DNA of 64,000 bases from Ignavibacteria bacterium (lineage in GTDB: Bacteria > Bacteroidota > Ignavibacteria > UBA10030 > SZUA-254), in contig QJVY01000092.1 of the NCBI GenBank assembly GCA_003235555.1, forward strand, positions 17,257-81,256, written 5' to 3'. Shown here piece after piece: positions 47,301 to 56,924 of this stretch. How positions within the stretch are numbered: the stretch's first letter is position 1; the number at the start of each line of letters is the position of its first letter. A program made the translations under genes and the position numbers. The notes under the pieces were generated by a model. That model made no database searches. It worked only from the letters and a program-made list of their open reading frames with translations, and had not been told where the DNA came from.

Positions 47301-47534
47301 ACTCGTGCGCCACACGCCCCCGTTGTTGACTCCGATATAGAAGACGTTTGGCTGGCCGGGAATACCGGCGACGCCGACCGTCCTCCCCCCCCTGTGGGGT
47401 CCGATCATGCGCCATCGGAGGTGGGAGGTTTCGATGGGATTCTGGGCCCGGGTTCCCGTTGCCATCGTGAACATGACGATGAGAAGGGAAACAATCGACG
47501 TGCGTCTGGTATTCATGGTTGATCCGGTTTTCAT
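44343..47534 (-). CDS. BNR/sortilin (VPS10)-like beta-propeller glycosidase-family protein.
   Basis: Repeated Asp-box motifs (WRTSDYGRTW, FRSTDAGRTW, FRSTDGGSSW, FKSTDGGDTW...). Signal peptide at the internal Met (MKTGSTMNTRRTSIVSLLIV). No T9SS CTD. Confidence 0.7.
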   Translation of the reverse strand: MKTGSTMNTRRTSIVSLLIVMFTMATGTRAQNPIETSHLRWRMIGPHRGGRTVGVAGIPGQPNVFYIGVNNGGVWRTSDYGRTWKPIFDDQPTGSIGAIALAPSNPDILYVGSGEGLQRPDLSVGDGVFRSTDAGRTWTQRGLSDALQIGAVIVDPGDPDRVFVAALGHPYGPNEERGVFRSTDGGSSWEKVLYKDENTGAIALEFDPGNPRTLFAVLWSARQGPWENGAWQGRTSGLFKSTDGGDTWRQMTRGLPTADQGLGRIGIAIAPDDPSRMYAAVDAGQDGGIYRSDDAGESWTHVASERRVWSRGSDFAELKVHPKNKDVLFSGNIQTYKSTDAGVTWTGFKGAPGGDDYHTIWINPLHPDIMILAADQGAVVTVNGGESWGSWYNQPTAQFYHVITDDQFPYNVYGGQQESGSVGIVSRGNDGQITFREWHPVGADEYGYIAPDPLHPDIIYGGRVTRFDKSTGQTQYVAPEAVRSGKYRTLRTAPLMFSPIDRTALYFAANVLFKTTTGGARWEAISPDLSREKPEVPPNIGIFTTPELADQPRRGVIYSLALSPVDAGLIWAGTDDGLVHLTRDGGRNWKNVTPPQLTSWSKVAGMDAGHHDGSTAYAAVNSMKLDDWRPHIFRTHDGGATWKEIVAGLPVSGPVNTIREDPEQQGLLFAGTEREVYVSFDDGDHWQSLRNNMPATSIRDLVIHDADIVVGTHGRSFWILDDVSSLRQMAATGSAGDPGTGVRFFEPHPAVRVRWNMNTDTPLPPDEPAGENPPDGAVLDYYLPSAAGEVTLDIIDPKGTIIRKFSSKDPPEEIDERDLRFPTYWIRPRMSLSADPGTHRFVWDLHYPPPENLPRSFPIAAVYGNTASGPDGPWVMPGPYTVILTVDGKSIPRTLTVTMDPRVTAAAPVLRRQFDLSMNCYDGLDRIQRLVRGSNSLRSQIAALRGEVKDRVLLDSLDAFDRILRVSEGDGPPQDVDIIYTTVREGKSVKQTLNGIQRRLMYVMLILQNADAQPTESQAAAVREGETAVKAMETQWTAFTGTAMAGINAMLAERRMTVLKPDR

Positions 47535-47614
47535 CCTGGAAGCGTGAGTCGCAGACCGAGGTTGAACATCGTCCGTGGGAATGGTGTTGAAATAATAGTA
47601 ATAAATCGGGATTA

Positions 47615-48937
47615 ATGGAAGTAGCGGGCAGCCGCGTCCCCCCCCCGAATCCCCGTCCGTTGGACACAATCAGCCGGGATTTTTGTTCCACTCCCCCACA
47701 ATCCCTATATTCCACCGGATATCACGTGAAGTACACAGAGAAAACCAACACCCGGCCCGGGTTCCGCCTGGCTCTCGCCCTTGCATTGTCGGTCTTCTGT
47801 GGGTGCGGTGTCGGGCCGTATTACCTTCACCCCGGTGAGTCGGCGGCGCCCGACTCACTCACCGGTCCGGCCCCGGGCACCGTACCGGTCTTCCACATCG
47901 GCCTGATCGGCGACGCCGGGTACGCGGGACCGGAAAACGACGCCCCCATCCGGGCGCTCGCCGCCGAATCGAGATCCATTACGACGCCCGGACTCATCGC
48001 ATACCTGGGGGATAACGTGTATCCCGACGGCATGCCCGGCCTGGACGACCCGGACCGCGACCGTACCGAGCGGGTCCTCGACACACAGATCGCTCCGTTC
48101 CTGGCCGATACGACCATGGATGTGGTTTTCATCCCAGGCAACCACGACTGGGGGGGAATGGGAAGGGAGGGCCGCGCGAGGGTCATCCTGCAGGGTGCAT
48201 ACCTCCGCGCGGCCACGGCATCGCGGATCGGTCTCGTCCCGGAGAACGCCGGACCGGGCCCGGCGCTCGTCATGCGCAACGATGTCGTACAGGTCATCGC
48301 CCTGGACACCCAGTGGTGGCTCCACGAATACGACAAACCGCTCTATCCGGGGGAATCGTCGGACTCCGCCACCGCCGAATTCCTGGCGGATTCCCTCTGG
48401 GGCATGATGTCAGAGTTCGGTGGAAAGGTGACGGTCATCCTCGGGCACCATCCCTTTGAGACGCACGGCCCGCACGGCGGCTTCTTCGACTGGCGTGACC
48501 ACATCTTTCCGCTGCGCAACCTCGCCCCCTGGCTATGGCTCCCCCTGCCGCTCATCGGATCGGCCTACCCCTGGTTGCGCACCTCCGGCTGGTCCGGGCA
48601 GGATATTTCCAACGGACGCTACAGAAAGATGGTGCACACGCTCGGACCCCTCCTCGTCCGCGGAGGCCGCGTCATCTACGCCTCCGGCCATGAACACGAC
48701 CTGCAGGTGATCCGGCCCACCGACGACCTCTGGTTCCTCGTGAGCGGCAACGGTATCCTTGAACACGCGTCCCCTCTCTCCCCCGGCGCCAATACGGTCT
48801 TCGCCTCCGAGATACCGGGATTTATGACGCTTGATATATACGATGACGGTGGTGTCCTCCTGAAAACGGTCGGATTCCCCGGCGGGGAGACGGAAGGAAG
48901 GGTGTTGTTCGAACGGTGGATCCCCGCTAAAAAATAA
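47615..48937 (+). CDS. Calcineurin-like metallophosphoesterase, probable lipoprotein.
   Basis: GDAGY / GDNVYP / GNHDW / GHEHD phosphoesterase motifs. Lipobox LSVFCGC. The true start is probably downstream of 47615. Confidence 0.7.
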   Translation: MEVAGSRVPPPNPRPLDTISRDFCSTPPQSLYSTGYHVKYTEKTNTRPGFRLALALALSVFCGCGVGPYYLHPGESAAPDSLTGPAPGTVPVFHIGLIGDAGYAGPENDAPIRALAAESRSITTPGLIAYLGDNVYPDGMPGLDDPDRDRTERVLDTQIAPFLADTTMDVVFIPGNHDWGGMGREGRARVILQGAYLRAATASRIGLVPENAGPGPALVMRNDVVQVIALDTQWWLHEYDKPLYPGESSDSATAEFLADSLWGMMSEFGGKVTVILGHHPFETHGPHGGFFDWRDHIFPLRNLAPWLWLPLPLIGSAYPWLRTSGWSGQDISNGRYRKMVHTLGPLLVRGGRVIYASGHEHDLQVIRPTDDLWFLVSGNGILEHASPLSPGANTVFASEIPGFMTLDIYDDGGVLLKTVGFPGGETEGRVLFERWIPAKK

Positions 48938-49847
48938 TACAGGTCAGCGTCAGTCCCCCGGGGCCGAAACCCCAGCCGAAACGGCTCGTGCCATGCTCCG
49001 CGGCCGATCCTTCATCACCACCGGCTTTCCCGCCCGACCTCCTCTCCGCTTCCCGTGAAACGGCGAAACTTCCCGCCAGGTAGCCGATCGCGGAGCCGAG
49101 CAGGACGTCGGAGGGCCAGTGCTCGTTCCCCCACGCCATCGCGAGGGCCGTGAGCCCGGCGAACGAATACAACGGTACGCCCGCCCACGTCCGGTCGATC
49201 CGTTTCGCGAGGACGGTCGAGATGGCGAACGCGACCGTCGCGTGTCCGGAGGGGAGTGACTGGTGCTCGTTCCCCCACTCGAAGAAATTGTAACGGTACG
49301 CTCCACTGCCTTCGTGCGGCCTGCTCCTGCCCAGACCGTACTGGATCGTGATCGCGGGGGTTCCGGCCAGCAGCAGCGCCTCGCCCATCAGGCGGCCGGT
49401 GACGCGGATCCCGTCGTTCCCGGCGAACAACCCTCCGAAATACAATCCCAGGCTCGCGTACTGCATCGTACGCAGCCTCCCCCACTCCTTCGCCCACTCG
49501 AGCGGGTCCTCCAGGAAACCCCGGCCCGGGTGACTCACCAGAAGCCCGTTGAGGGGCTCGTCCATTCCCATGATGATTCCGAGCGCGCCGGCTCCGGTCG
49601 CGGTCCGGTCCCAGTCCGATTTTCCGAAGCGAAGGGGAGCGGTGAAGAACCCGAGAACGTCGTCGAAAGCCGTTCGGATATCCCCGACGACGGTGGCGGG
49701 GATGGTCGCATCTCGTGACTGTCGGGCGGAGTCACTCTCCGGCCGGGGGATCCGGCCGGTGGCGTTTGCGACAGGCAGGCAGAGGAAGGCTACGATGAGG
49801 GCGACGCGGACCCCCCCGTTCGAGGGATCGGAACGGACCTCACCCAA
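48927..49847 (-). CDS. PAP2 family acid phosphatase.
   Basis: PAP2 motifs KRIDRTWAG...SLPSGHAT...SDVLLGSAIG. Start uncertain: a TTG at 49847 is chosen; the ORF track extends to 49988, overlapping sixA. Confidence 0.6.
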   Translation of the reverse strand: MGEVRSDPSNGGVRVALIVAFLCLPVANATGRIPRPESDSARQSRDATIPATVVGDIRTAFDDVLGFFTAPLRFGKSDWDRTATGAGALGIIMGMDEPLNGLLVSHPGRGFLEDPLEWAKEWGRLRTMQYASLGLYFGGLFAGNDGIRVTGRLMGEALLLAGTPAITIQYGLGRSRPHEGSGAYRYNFFEWGNEHQSLPSGHATVAFAISTVLAKRIDRTWAGVPLYSFAGLTALAMAWGNEHWPSDVLLGSAIGYLAGSFAVSREAERRSGGKAGGDEGSAAEHGTSRFGWGFGPGGLTLTCIIF

Positions 49848-50349
49848 GGTGGTTCTTCGGCATTTCGAAGAACATGAGTGTTCCGGCGCCGGGACGCACC
49901 ATCCGCCAGGTTTCGACCGGAAACCGGAGAGCGACGATGCTGCAGGTGGGCATGTGGGTGATGGGGGTCGGGGAAAGGAGGGCCGCAAACCGGGTCATCC
50001 CGGGATTGTGTCCTACCAGCATGGCGCTCGAGAATTTGTCGTCGAGTCCGTAGACGACGTCCTGGAGCGCGTCGGGATCGGCGTTGTAGATACCCCTGGC
50101 CTCATGGATGTTCGCGGGCGGTACGGCGAGCGCCCCGGCAAAGTGCCTCGCAGTTGCCGCCGCCCGTTTCGCCGGGCTGGTCATGATGAGTCCGACGGAA
50201 TCTCCCCGTCCGGCGAGCAGGCCCGCGAGGACGCCCCCCATGAAGGGGGCGTCCCGGAGTCCGCGATTGTTGAGCGGCCGGTCGACGTCCCTCATTCCGG
50301 GAGTGTCCCAGCTCGATTTTGCGTGGCGGACGAGGTACAGAATCTTCAT
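49840..50349 (-). CDS. sixA: Histidine phosphatase family protein (SixA-like).
   Basis: LYLVRHAKS motif and a downstream conserved His. Start at the in-frame ATG (MKILYL); the ORF track lists an alternative TTG at 50358. Confidence 0.65.
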   Translation of the reverse strand: MKILYLVRHAKSSWDTPGMRDVDRPLNNRGLRDAPFMGGVLAGLLAGRGDSVGLIMTSPAKRAAATARHFAGALAVPPANIHEARGIYNADPDALQDVVYGLDDKFSSAMLVGHNPGMTRFAALLSPTPITHMPTCSIVALRFPVETWRMVRPGAGTLMFFEMPKNHLG

Positions 50350-50507
50350 TGCCTGCAAAGATAGGCATTACTCCAGAGTATTCAAACCGTCCGGACGCGA
50401 TCCCCCCCCGGGGGTATTTTGACGCACCCTTTACATTTTGGTGACATTCCTCCCTCCCTCCCGCCGTACTTTTCCCGAAGAACATTATCAAGGAAAATGG
50501 AAAAACG

Positions 50508-50627
50508 ATGACACTCGTACTGATTACCGGATTGGCCCTGACACTCGCAGGAATCCTGCTGAGAAAGTTCGTTCGGACCGCCTTTGAATGTCTCGGCGCC
50601 ATCTCGTCGATCCTGAGGACACGGTAA
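50508..50627 (+). CDS. Possible small membrane protein (39 aa).
   Basis: ATG preceded by an AGGAAAA-rich Shine-Dalgarno region. Encodes MTLVLITGLALTLAGILLRKFVRTAFECLGAISSILRTR with one TM helix. Lower GC than surroundings. Not in the ORF track because it is below 60 aa. Confidence 0.2.
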   Translation: MTLVLITGLALTLAGILLRKFVRTAFECLGAISSILRTR

Positions 50628-50668
50628 TGATCCCTGACCATCAAGTACCGCTGTGAAAGGAGAACATC

Positions 50669-51478
50669 ATGAAAACAGCCATCATCACGGTGTTTTGCAT
50701 GCTTCTTCCGGTCTTCGGGCCGGCAGTCCCGCAATCCGGAAACAACGCCGTCTTCCGCGCCGGGGAGGAGCTTGTCTATGCGGTGAAGTGGAACTTCATC
50801 CCCCTGGGCAGGATCATCATCCGGACGAATATCGACTCCGCGGACACCAACCGCGTTATGGTGCTCATGGTTGTCGAGTCCACGCCCGGCCTTCCGTTCA
50901 TCTCTATCAGGGACGTCAACAGGAGCGTCATCGACAGGAACCATTCCAATACCCTCCGGTACACCGGAAAACACTGGAAGGGGGACGACACGCTCTCCAT
51001 CGAATACGTGTACGACCAGGAGACGAAAACGCTCACTTTTTCGGAGTGGGATCTCACCGAGAACGTCTCCCTCCACCGGGAGGTCAGTAACGACATTCCA
51101 CCGTTCGTGGACGGGAACGCGCTCTTCTTCTACGCGAGGTGGAGGTCCAGTTCGGGAAAGTCCTTCCGGGTCCCCACGGTGGTGGACGGGAAATTGAGTT
51201 ATACGACCCTCACTTTTTCGGGGGAGCGGGAAGCTATCGAGGTGGACGCGATTCCGGGTCCCGTCGTGGTGCGGAAATATACCGGACGGGCCGAATGGAC
51301 CGGCGGGAGCTCCGCCGGACTTTCCGGCGAATTCACGGGTTGGGTGAGCGACGATCCCGCCGCGGTACCGGTGCGTGCCGAGATGCAGATCGCGCTCGGT
51401 TCCATCACCATCGAACTGGAACAGTGGAAACGGAGTGGCTGGACGCCGCCGCTTTCACTGGACTCCCGCCTTGATTAA
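50669..51478 (+). CDS. Secreted DUF3108-like protein.
   Basis: Strong RBS (GAAAGGAG) 8 nt upstream. Signal peptide, then a beta-rich 269-aa protein. Family assignment is tentative. Confidence 0.5.
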   Translation: MKTAIITVFCMLLPVFGPAVPQSGNNAVFRAGEELVYAVKWNFIPLGRIIIRTNIDSADTNRVMVLMVVESTPGLPFISIRDVNRSVIDRNHSNTLRYTGKHWKGDDTLSIEYVYDQETKTLTFSEWDLTENVSLHREVSNDIPPFVDGNALFFYARWRSSSGKSFRVPTVVDGKLSYTTLTFSGEREAIEVDAIPGPVVVRKYTGRAEWTGGSSAGLSGEFTGWVSDDPAAVPVRAEMQIALGSITIELEQWKRSGWTPPLSLDSRLD

Positions 51479-51502
51479 CGGACAGAAAGGAGGAAAAGGG
51501 CG

Positions 51503-52474
51503 ATGAAAACGACCGTATCACGCATCAGACGATTGTTCATCGAATTGCGGAGTGTCGATCTCCTGATACTGACATTCATCCTCCTCCTGGCGGCGGTGGA
51601 GACGGCCTTCCGGTCGAACATCGGGGGGTGGGGGACACGGGTCCTGACTGCGATGTTGCTGGCGTCGGGGTATGCGGCCGCGGTCATGGTCATCGGCCGG
51701 AGCGGGCGCGCGTCCGGATTCCTGATATCCTGCCTGCGCATCACCCTGGTGATGGCTGCGTCTTCGGTGATCTACGGTGAGGTCGGCCATCTCATCCATG
51801 CCATTTTCCCCTTCTCGTGGGACTCGATGATCCACGCGATCGACCTGGCCGTCTTCGGCCGATTCCCGACGCTCTGGTTTGAGTCCTTCGCCCGGCCCTG
51901 GCTGACGGAAATCATGATGTTCGCCTATGTCGTCTACCTTCCCCTCCTTCCCGCTGTCGCGTTCATGGCCTACCGCAGCGTGGGACGGGACGGGATGGAA
52001 CAATTTCTCTTCGAGCTGACCCTCGTCAATTTTCTCTGCTACCTCGCGTATTTCCTGATTCCGGTCTCCGGTCCCACGCGCGCGCTCGCGGACCAGTTTT
52101 CGGGGCCGCTCGACGGGTATTTCTTCACATCGGTCACCGGATACATGGCGGCGAACGTCCACCTTCCGGGGGGAGCGTTCCCGAGCGCCCACTGCGCGGC
52201 GTCCACGACGTTCCTCCTGGCCGCGCTGCGGTACAACAGGAAAACCGGGATCCTCCTCAGCCCCGTCGTGGCCCTGATCTACATCTCGACCGTGTACGGC
52301 CGGTTCCACTACGTGGTCGACGCCATCGCCGGCATTCTCGTGGCGGCGGCCGTCTACCGTTTCGCGCCGCTCCTCCACCACCGCTTCGACCGCTGGGTGC
52401 TGGGAATCGCATTCACAAAAGAACCGGAACGTGCGTTCCTGCAGCCCGCCGAACAACGGGGGGAAACGATATGA
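51503..52474 (+). CDS. PAP2-superfamily integral membrane protein.
   Basis: Six TM helices. PAP2 motifs PSAHCAAS and YGRFHYVVDAIAG. Confidence 0.6.
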   Translation: MKTTVSRIRRLFIELRSVDLLILTFILLLAAVETAFRSNIGGWGTRVLTAMLLASGYAAAVMVIGRSGRASGFLISCLRITLVMAASSVIYGEVGHLIHAIFPFSWDSMIHAIDLAVFGRFPTLWFESFARPWLTEIMMFAYVVYLPLLPAVAFMAYRSVGRDGMEQFLFELTLVNFLCYLAYFLIPVSGPTRALADQFSGPLDGYFFTSVTGYMAANVHLPGGAFPSAHCAASTTFLLAALRYNRKTGILLSPVVALIYISTVYGRFHYVVDAIAGILVAAAVYRFAPLLHHRFDRWVLGIAFTKEPERAFLQPAEQRGETI

Positions 52475-53469
52475 AAACATTCATGACGGGAGCCACCGGG
52501 TTCATCGGCGGCCGGCTGGCCGGGGAACTGTCACGGCGCGGGGGTGAACTCGTCGTTCTGCGCCGGGAGGGTCCGGTGTGCCCGGTGTCCGGGCTGCCCG
52601 GAGTTGAGACGGTGACTGGTGACATCCTCGATCTCCGGTCACTCGAAACCGCGATGGCGGGTTGCGGCAGTGTTTACCACCTTGCGGGGTACGCGAAAAA
52701 CTGGGCGAACGACCCCGCCACCTTTACGCGCGTCAATGTGGACGGGCTCTGCAACATCCTCGAGGCCGCGCGCCGTTCGGGCGTCCGGAGGGTGGTCTGG
52801 ACCTCGAGCGCGGTTACCCCCGGACCCTCGAACGGTACACCCGTCACGGAGTCGACCCTCCGGGAACATTCCTTCTACACGCCGTACGAAGCATCGAAAT
52901 ACGCTGCGGAACAGCGGGTCCGGGAATTTACCGGCAGCGGGCTGGAGGTCGTCACGGTCAACCCCTCGAGGGTCTTCGGTCCGGGGGTCCTCAACGAAGG
53001 AAATTCCGTCACCCGGATGATCGCGCTCACGCTCGCCGGCAGGTTCCGGTTCATCCCGGGCGACGGGGAGGCGGTCGGGAACTACGCCTTCGTGGAGGAC
53101 GTCGTCAACGGGATGATCCTCGCCATGGAGCATGGGAGGCCGGGCGAGCGGTACATCCTCGGGGGCGAGAACGTGAGCTACAATGAATTCTTCCGCACCG
53201 TCTCCCTCGTGTCCGGCAGGCGACGGAAGATGTTCCACCTTCCCCGCGGCCTCGCGATGACGTTCTCACGGTTCGAGGAATTCCGCTCGGTGTTGGGGGG
53301 CCATCCCCTCATCACACCAGGCTGGATGAGGACGTTCCTGGGGAACTGGGAGGTCTCCGTGGAGAAATCCCGGAGGGAACTGGGGTACGAAACGACCCCC
53401 TTTGCCGATGCGGTGGGGAAAACGGTCAGATGGCTGTCGGACCTGCGGAAACGGGGAGGTTCGAAGTGA
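52471..53469 (+). CDS. NAD-dependent epimerase/dehydratase (extended SDR).
   Basis: GATGFIG Rossmann motif and YxxxK catalytic dyad (YEASK). Overlaps the upstream gene by 4 nt. Confidence 0.8.
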   Translation: MKTFMTGATGFIGGRLAGELSRRGGELVVLRREGPVCPVSGLPGVETVTGDILDLRSLETAMAGCGSVYHLAGYAKNWANDPATFTRVNVDGLCNILEAARRSGVRRVVWTSSAVTPGPSNGTPVTESTLREHSFYTPYEASKYAAEQRVREFTGSGLEVVTVNPSRVFGPGVLNEGNSVTRMIALTLAGRFRFIPGDGEAVGNYAFVEDVVNGMILAMEHGRPGERYILGGENVSYNEFFRTVSLVSGRRRKMFHLPRGLAMTFSRFEEFRSVLGGHPLITPGWMRTFLGNWEVSVEKSRRELGYETTPFADAVGKTVRWLSDLRKRGGSK

Positions 53470-53492
53470 ACGCTCCCGGGGTGCTCGCTGAA

Positions 53493-54179
53493 ATGAGATC
53501 TCTCATCCCCGCCGGGCGGGCCAGGCCTGCGATGGTCCTGATCGTGGGAACGCTGATGGTGGTGATCAGCAGGCATACCGGGGCGGTGCCCTTCAGGGGC
53601 GCGGATTTCGCGGGGACGGGGAGTATCGGCTCCCTTCTGTCCCTCTTCCTGCCGACGTTTTTGCTCTTCGGTGTCCTGCCCGCCGCGGGTGTCGGGGTTC
53701 TGTTCGGGGGACAGTGGAGGTCCTTCGGGTTGTGCGTCGGCGACTGGAAGGCCGGCCTCAGGTTGCTCGCGGTCTCCTACCCTGTCATCGCCCTCGCGCT
53801 GCTTCTTCCCGCCGCGCTCACCCCGGAGATCAGGGACTTCTATCCGATCGACCGCACGGCCCTCGTGTCCTGGGGCGCCTTCGCACGGCTCGAGATCACC
53901 CGGATCGTGGTGTTCTACACCGCCTGGGAGTTCATCTTCCGGGGATTCATGCTCTTCGGGGTGGAAAAATCGGCCGGGCCGTGGATCGCCATCGCCGCGC
54001 AGACCATCCCCTCCTGCCTCTGGCACATCGGGATGCCGACATCCGAACTGGTCTCCTCCATTGCGGGGGGAATTCTCTTCGGGATGATGGCGGTCCGCAC
54101 GCGGTCGATCCTCTGGCCATTCATCCTGCACTGCCTGATCGGCACGACCCTCGATTCTTTCATCGTTCTGACAACATAA
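53493..54179 (+). CDS. CPBP (CAAX/Abi) family intramembrane metalloprotease.
   Basis: Motifs EFIFRG (motif 1), FxxxH (ILHCLIG) and WHIGM, with six TM helices. Start at the internal Met. Confidence 0.6.
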   Translation: MRSLIPAGRARPAMVLIVGTLMVVISRHTGAVPFRGADFAGTGSIGSLLSLFLPTFLLFGVLPAAGVGVLFGGQWRSFGLCVGDWKAGLRLLAVSYPVIALALLLPAALTPEIRDFYPIDRTALVSWGAFARLEITRIVVFYTAWEFIFRGFMLFGVEKSAGPWIAIAAQTIPSCLWHIGMPTSELVSSIAGGILFGMMAVRTRSILWPFILHCLIGTTLDSFIVLTT

Positions 54180-54191
54180 GGAGAAACAGCC

Positions 54192-55181
54192 ATGAACGTA
54201 CTCATCACCGGGGCGACGGGATTCATCGGTAGCCACCTCGCGACGAAGCTCCATGAGAGGGGGGACCGCGTGACCTGTATTTCCAAGGATGCGATGAACA
54301 GCAGGTATCTGGAATCGCTGGGAATGGAGGTGGTGCTGTCGGACCTGGGAAACGGAATCAACTGGGTCAGGACCCTGCGGGACGTGGAGATTGTCTTTCA
54401 CCTGGCCGGACTGACCCGGGCCAGGAAGGCGGAGGAATACTACAGGGAAAACCGGTCGGCCACGGCCAGGTTCATCCGCACGTGCGCGGCGCACGCCCCC
54501 GCCCTTCGCCGGTTTGTCCATGTGAGCAGCCAGGCCGCGGCCGGCCCCTCTCCGGACGGACGTCCCGTGACCGAGGACATGCCATGCCGTCCCGTCTCCC
54601 ACTACGGAAGGAGCAAACTCCTCGGGGAGGAGGAAGTGCGCTCATGGAGCGGCGAACTTCCCGTGACCATCGTCCGTCCATCGGCCGTGTACGGCCCGAG
54701 GGAGCGCGACATGTACGAATATTTCAGGATGATCCGGATGGGAATCCAGCCGCTCGTCGGTTTCAGGGAGAAACTGCTCTCGCTCATCCACGTCGATGAC
54801 CTCGTCGACGGGATCATCGCGGCGGCGCACAGCCCGGTCGCGGTCGGCCGGACCTATTTCCTCGCCGGGGAACACCCGCACACCACTTCCCAAATCGGGG
54901 ATGCGATCGCCGAGACACTCTCGAAGAAGCCCCTGAAGGTCCGGCTCCCCCACGCGCTGGTCTTCGGGGTGGGAGGTGTCATGGAGGTGATCGCGCGGTT
55001 GTCCGGCAGGCAGGTCTTTTTCAACCTCCAGAAGGTGAGGGAATCGGTGTGCAGCGCCTGGGTGTGCTCCGTCGGAAAAGCCGCGGCGGAATTCGGCTTC
55101 GCAACGAAGAAAACCCTCTCCGCAGGCATGAAGGAAACGTACCGGTGGTACGTCGAGCACGGGTGGCTCGATGATCGGTAG
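54192..55181 (+). CDS. NAD-dependent epimerase/dehydratase (extended SDR), second copy.
   Basis: GATGFIGSHL Rossmann motif and YGRSK catalytic motif. Confidence 0.8.
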   Translation: MNVLITGATGFIGSHLATKLHERGDRVTCISKDAMNSRYLESLGMEVVLSDLGNGINWVRTLRDVEIVFHLAGLTRARKAEEYYRENRSATARFIRTCAAHAPALRRFVHVSSQAAAGPSPDGRPVTEDMPCRPVSHYGRSKLLGEEEVRSWSGELPVTIVRPSAVYGPRERDMYEYFRMIRMGIQPLVGFREKLLSLIHVDDLVDGIIAAAHSPVAVGRTYFLAGEHPHTTSQIGDAIAETLSKKPLKVRLPHALVFGVGGVMEVIARLSGRQVFFNLQKVRESVCSAWVCSVGKAAAEFGFATKKTLSAGMKETYRWYVEHGWLDDR

Positions 55182-55247
55182 GTGGTGCGGTCGCGGGAGC
55201 GCCGGACGACGACCCGGGAGCGACCGGCGCCGCCCGCCCTGGTTCGG

Positions 55248-56924
55248 CTAGTTGACTTTCTTGCGGGGTCCGGTGGGTTTCACCTGCGCCATTTTTTCCG
55301 CCTCGGGGAGGAGCTCGAGGGCCTTCCCCACCTGGTTGTCGGACGGGAGCATCGTCCGGAACCATCCTGGATCGTTGAAGAGGCTCTGTCCGATCTGGGC
55401 CTTCAACCGTGTCCTGATGTACGGTTCGTCGGTCGAAAACTCATCCCCGTCGACGGCGATCTCCTTGCTCTTCACGAAATCCACGAACGATTTCACGATG
55501 GCATCATCGATGTGGAAACGGTCCGTGAAGGAATCGAGGTCCGGGAAGTCGGCCCGCAGGGAGCGCCCGTCGCCGTCAAGATACGCGGAGACGAACAGGT
55601 AGAACACGTTCCGGCGGAGCATGTTGGAGGTGGTCCCCGTGAGGGTTCCCGGTTTCACGATGTGGTCCGGGGTGATGCCGCCCCCCCCGTAGACGATCCG
55701 GCCGGCGCCCGTGGCGTATTCCGGGCGCGCGGAGTCCTGCCGTCCCGGCACCGCCCCCGCCGGGTCCCCTCCCGACCGCGGGCGGTCCTCCACTCCGGTG
55801 GTGTCGTCCGTCGTATACGCCTGCATCACGTATTCGTCCCGGTCGAGGCCGTCGTAGGGACGCTGGATGAGCCGTCCGCTCGGCGTGTAGTACCGTGCGA
55901 CCGTCAGGCGCACCGCCGATCCGTCGGGGAGTTCCCACTGCCTCTGCACCAGCCCCTTGCCGAAACTCGTTTCCCCCACGATGAGCGCCCGGTCCCAGTC
56001 CTGCAACGCGCCGGCGACGATCTCACTCGCGCTCGCCGAACCGTGGCTGATGAGCACGACCAGCGGAAGTTTTTCGTAGGCTTCGCCGGTTTTCGCGTAG
56101 AACGTTTCGTCCATCCGGCCGTCGTGCGATTTCGTGTAGACCACCTTCCGCTGCGCCCCGCCGGGACCGCCGTCGAGGAATTCGTCGGCCATGTCCACCG
56201 CCTCGTTCAGGATCCCGCCGGGGTTCCCGCGGAGGTCGAGGATCAGCTTCTTCATCCCCTGTCGCCGCAGGGTGTCGAGGGCGGCACGCATCTCATCGTC
56301 GGTCGTGGCCGCGAACCGGTTGACGCTGATGTACCCCACGTCGTCGCGCAGCATGAGCGCCACGTCCACCGATGTGATCGAAATATTGTCGCGCACGATG
56401 TCGTACTTCAGGGGCTCTTTCTCGCCCGCGCGGAGGATCGTGACGCCCACCTTCGTCCCCTTCGGCCCGCGGAGTTTCTTCGCAGCCCCCTGTGTCGTGA
56501 TGCCGATGCAGCCCGTATCGCTGATTTCAATGATACGGTCGTTCGAAAGGATTCCCAGCCTCGCGGCGGGCCCTCCGCCCATCGGGTTCACCACCATGAG
56601 CGTGTCGTTCACCACGAGGATCTCGAGGCCGACGCCCTGGTACGATCCCTGGAACCGTTCCCCCTCCTGCTCGGTGACCTGGGGGGTCATGTAGACGGAG
56701 TGGGGATCCAGCTGGGAGAGCATGGAGGTGATCGCGTTGGACGTGAGTTCCTGGACGTCGACGGTGTCCACGTAGTTGTTCTGGATCAGTGACAGCACGT
56801 CCTTGATCTTGTTGAGCTGCGTGAAGATGTTGCCGTCGTCGAGGAAGTTCGAAACGCCGATGCCTACGACCAGCGCCGTCACCACCAGGACCATCGTCAT
56901 CCAGAGTGATATTTTCCGTTTCAT
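55248..56924 (-). CDS. ctpA: S41 family C-terminal processing peptidase with PDZ domain.
   Basis: N-terminal TM anchor, PDZ domain and S41 catalytic region (GSASASEIVAGALQD, K in the TSFGKG region). Confidence 0.85.
   Translation of the reverse strand: MKRKISLWMTMVLVVTALVVGIGVSNFLDDGNIFTQLNKIKDVLSLIQNNYVDTVDVQELTSNAITSMLSQLDPHSVYMTPQVTEQEGERFQGSYQGVGLEILVVNDTLMVVNPMGGGPAARLGILSNDRIIEISDTGCIGITTQGAAKKLRGPKGTKVGVTILRAGEKEPLKYDIVRDNISITSVDVALMLRDDVGYISVNRFAATTDDEMRAALDTLRRQGMKKLILDLRGNPGGILNEAVDMADEFLDGGPGGAQRKVVYTKSHDGRMDETFYAKTGEAYEKLPLVVLISHGSASASEIVAGALQDWDRALIVGETSFGKGLVQRQWELPDGSAVRLTVARYYTPSGRLIQRPYDGLDRDEYVMQAYTTDDTTGVEDRPRSGGDPAGAVPGRQDSARPEYATGAGRIVYGGGGITPDHIVKPGTLTGTTSNMLRRNVFYLFVSAYLDGDGRSLRADFPDLDSFTDRFHIDDAIVKSFVDFVKSKEIAVDGDEFSTDEPYIRTRLKAQIGQSLFNDPGWFRTMLPSDNQVGKALELLPEAEKMAQVKPTGPRKKVN

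Noticed and set aside
50102-51076. 324-aa minus-strand ORF overlapping sixA and the DUF3108 gene.
   Set aside because: Overlaps two better-supported genes. The plus-strand gene has a strong RBS and signal peptide.
55182-56792. 536-aa plus-strand ORF antisense to the S41 peptidase.
   Set aside because: No recognisable domains. Overlaps a well-supported gene.
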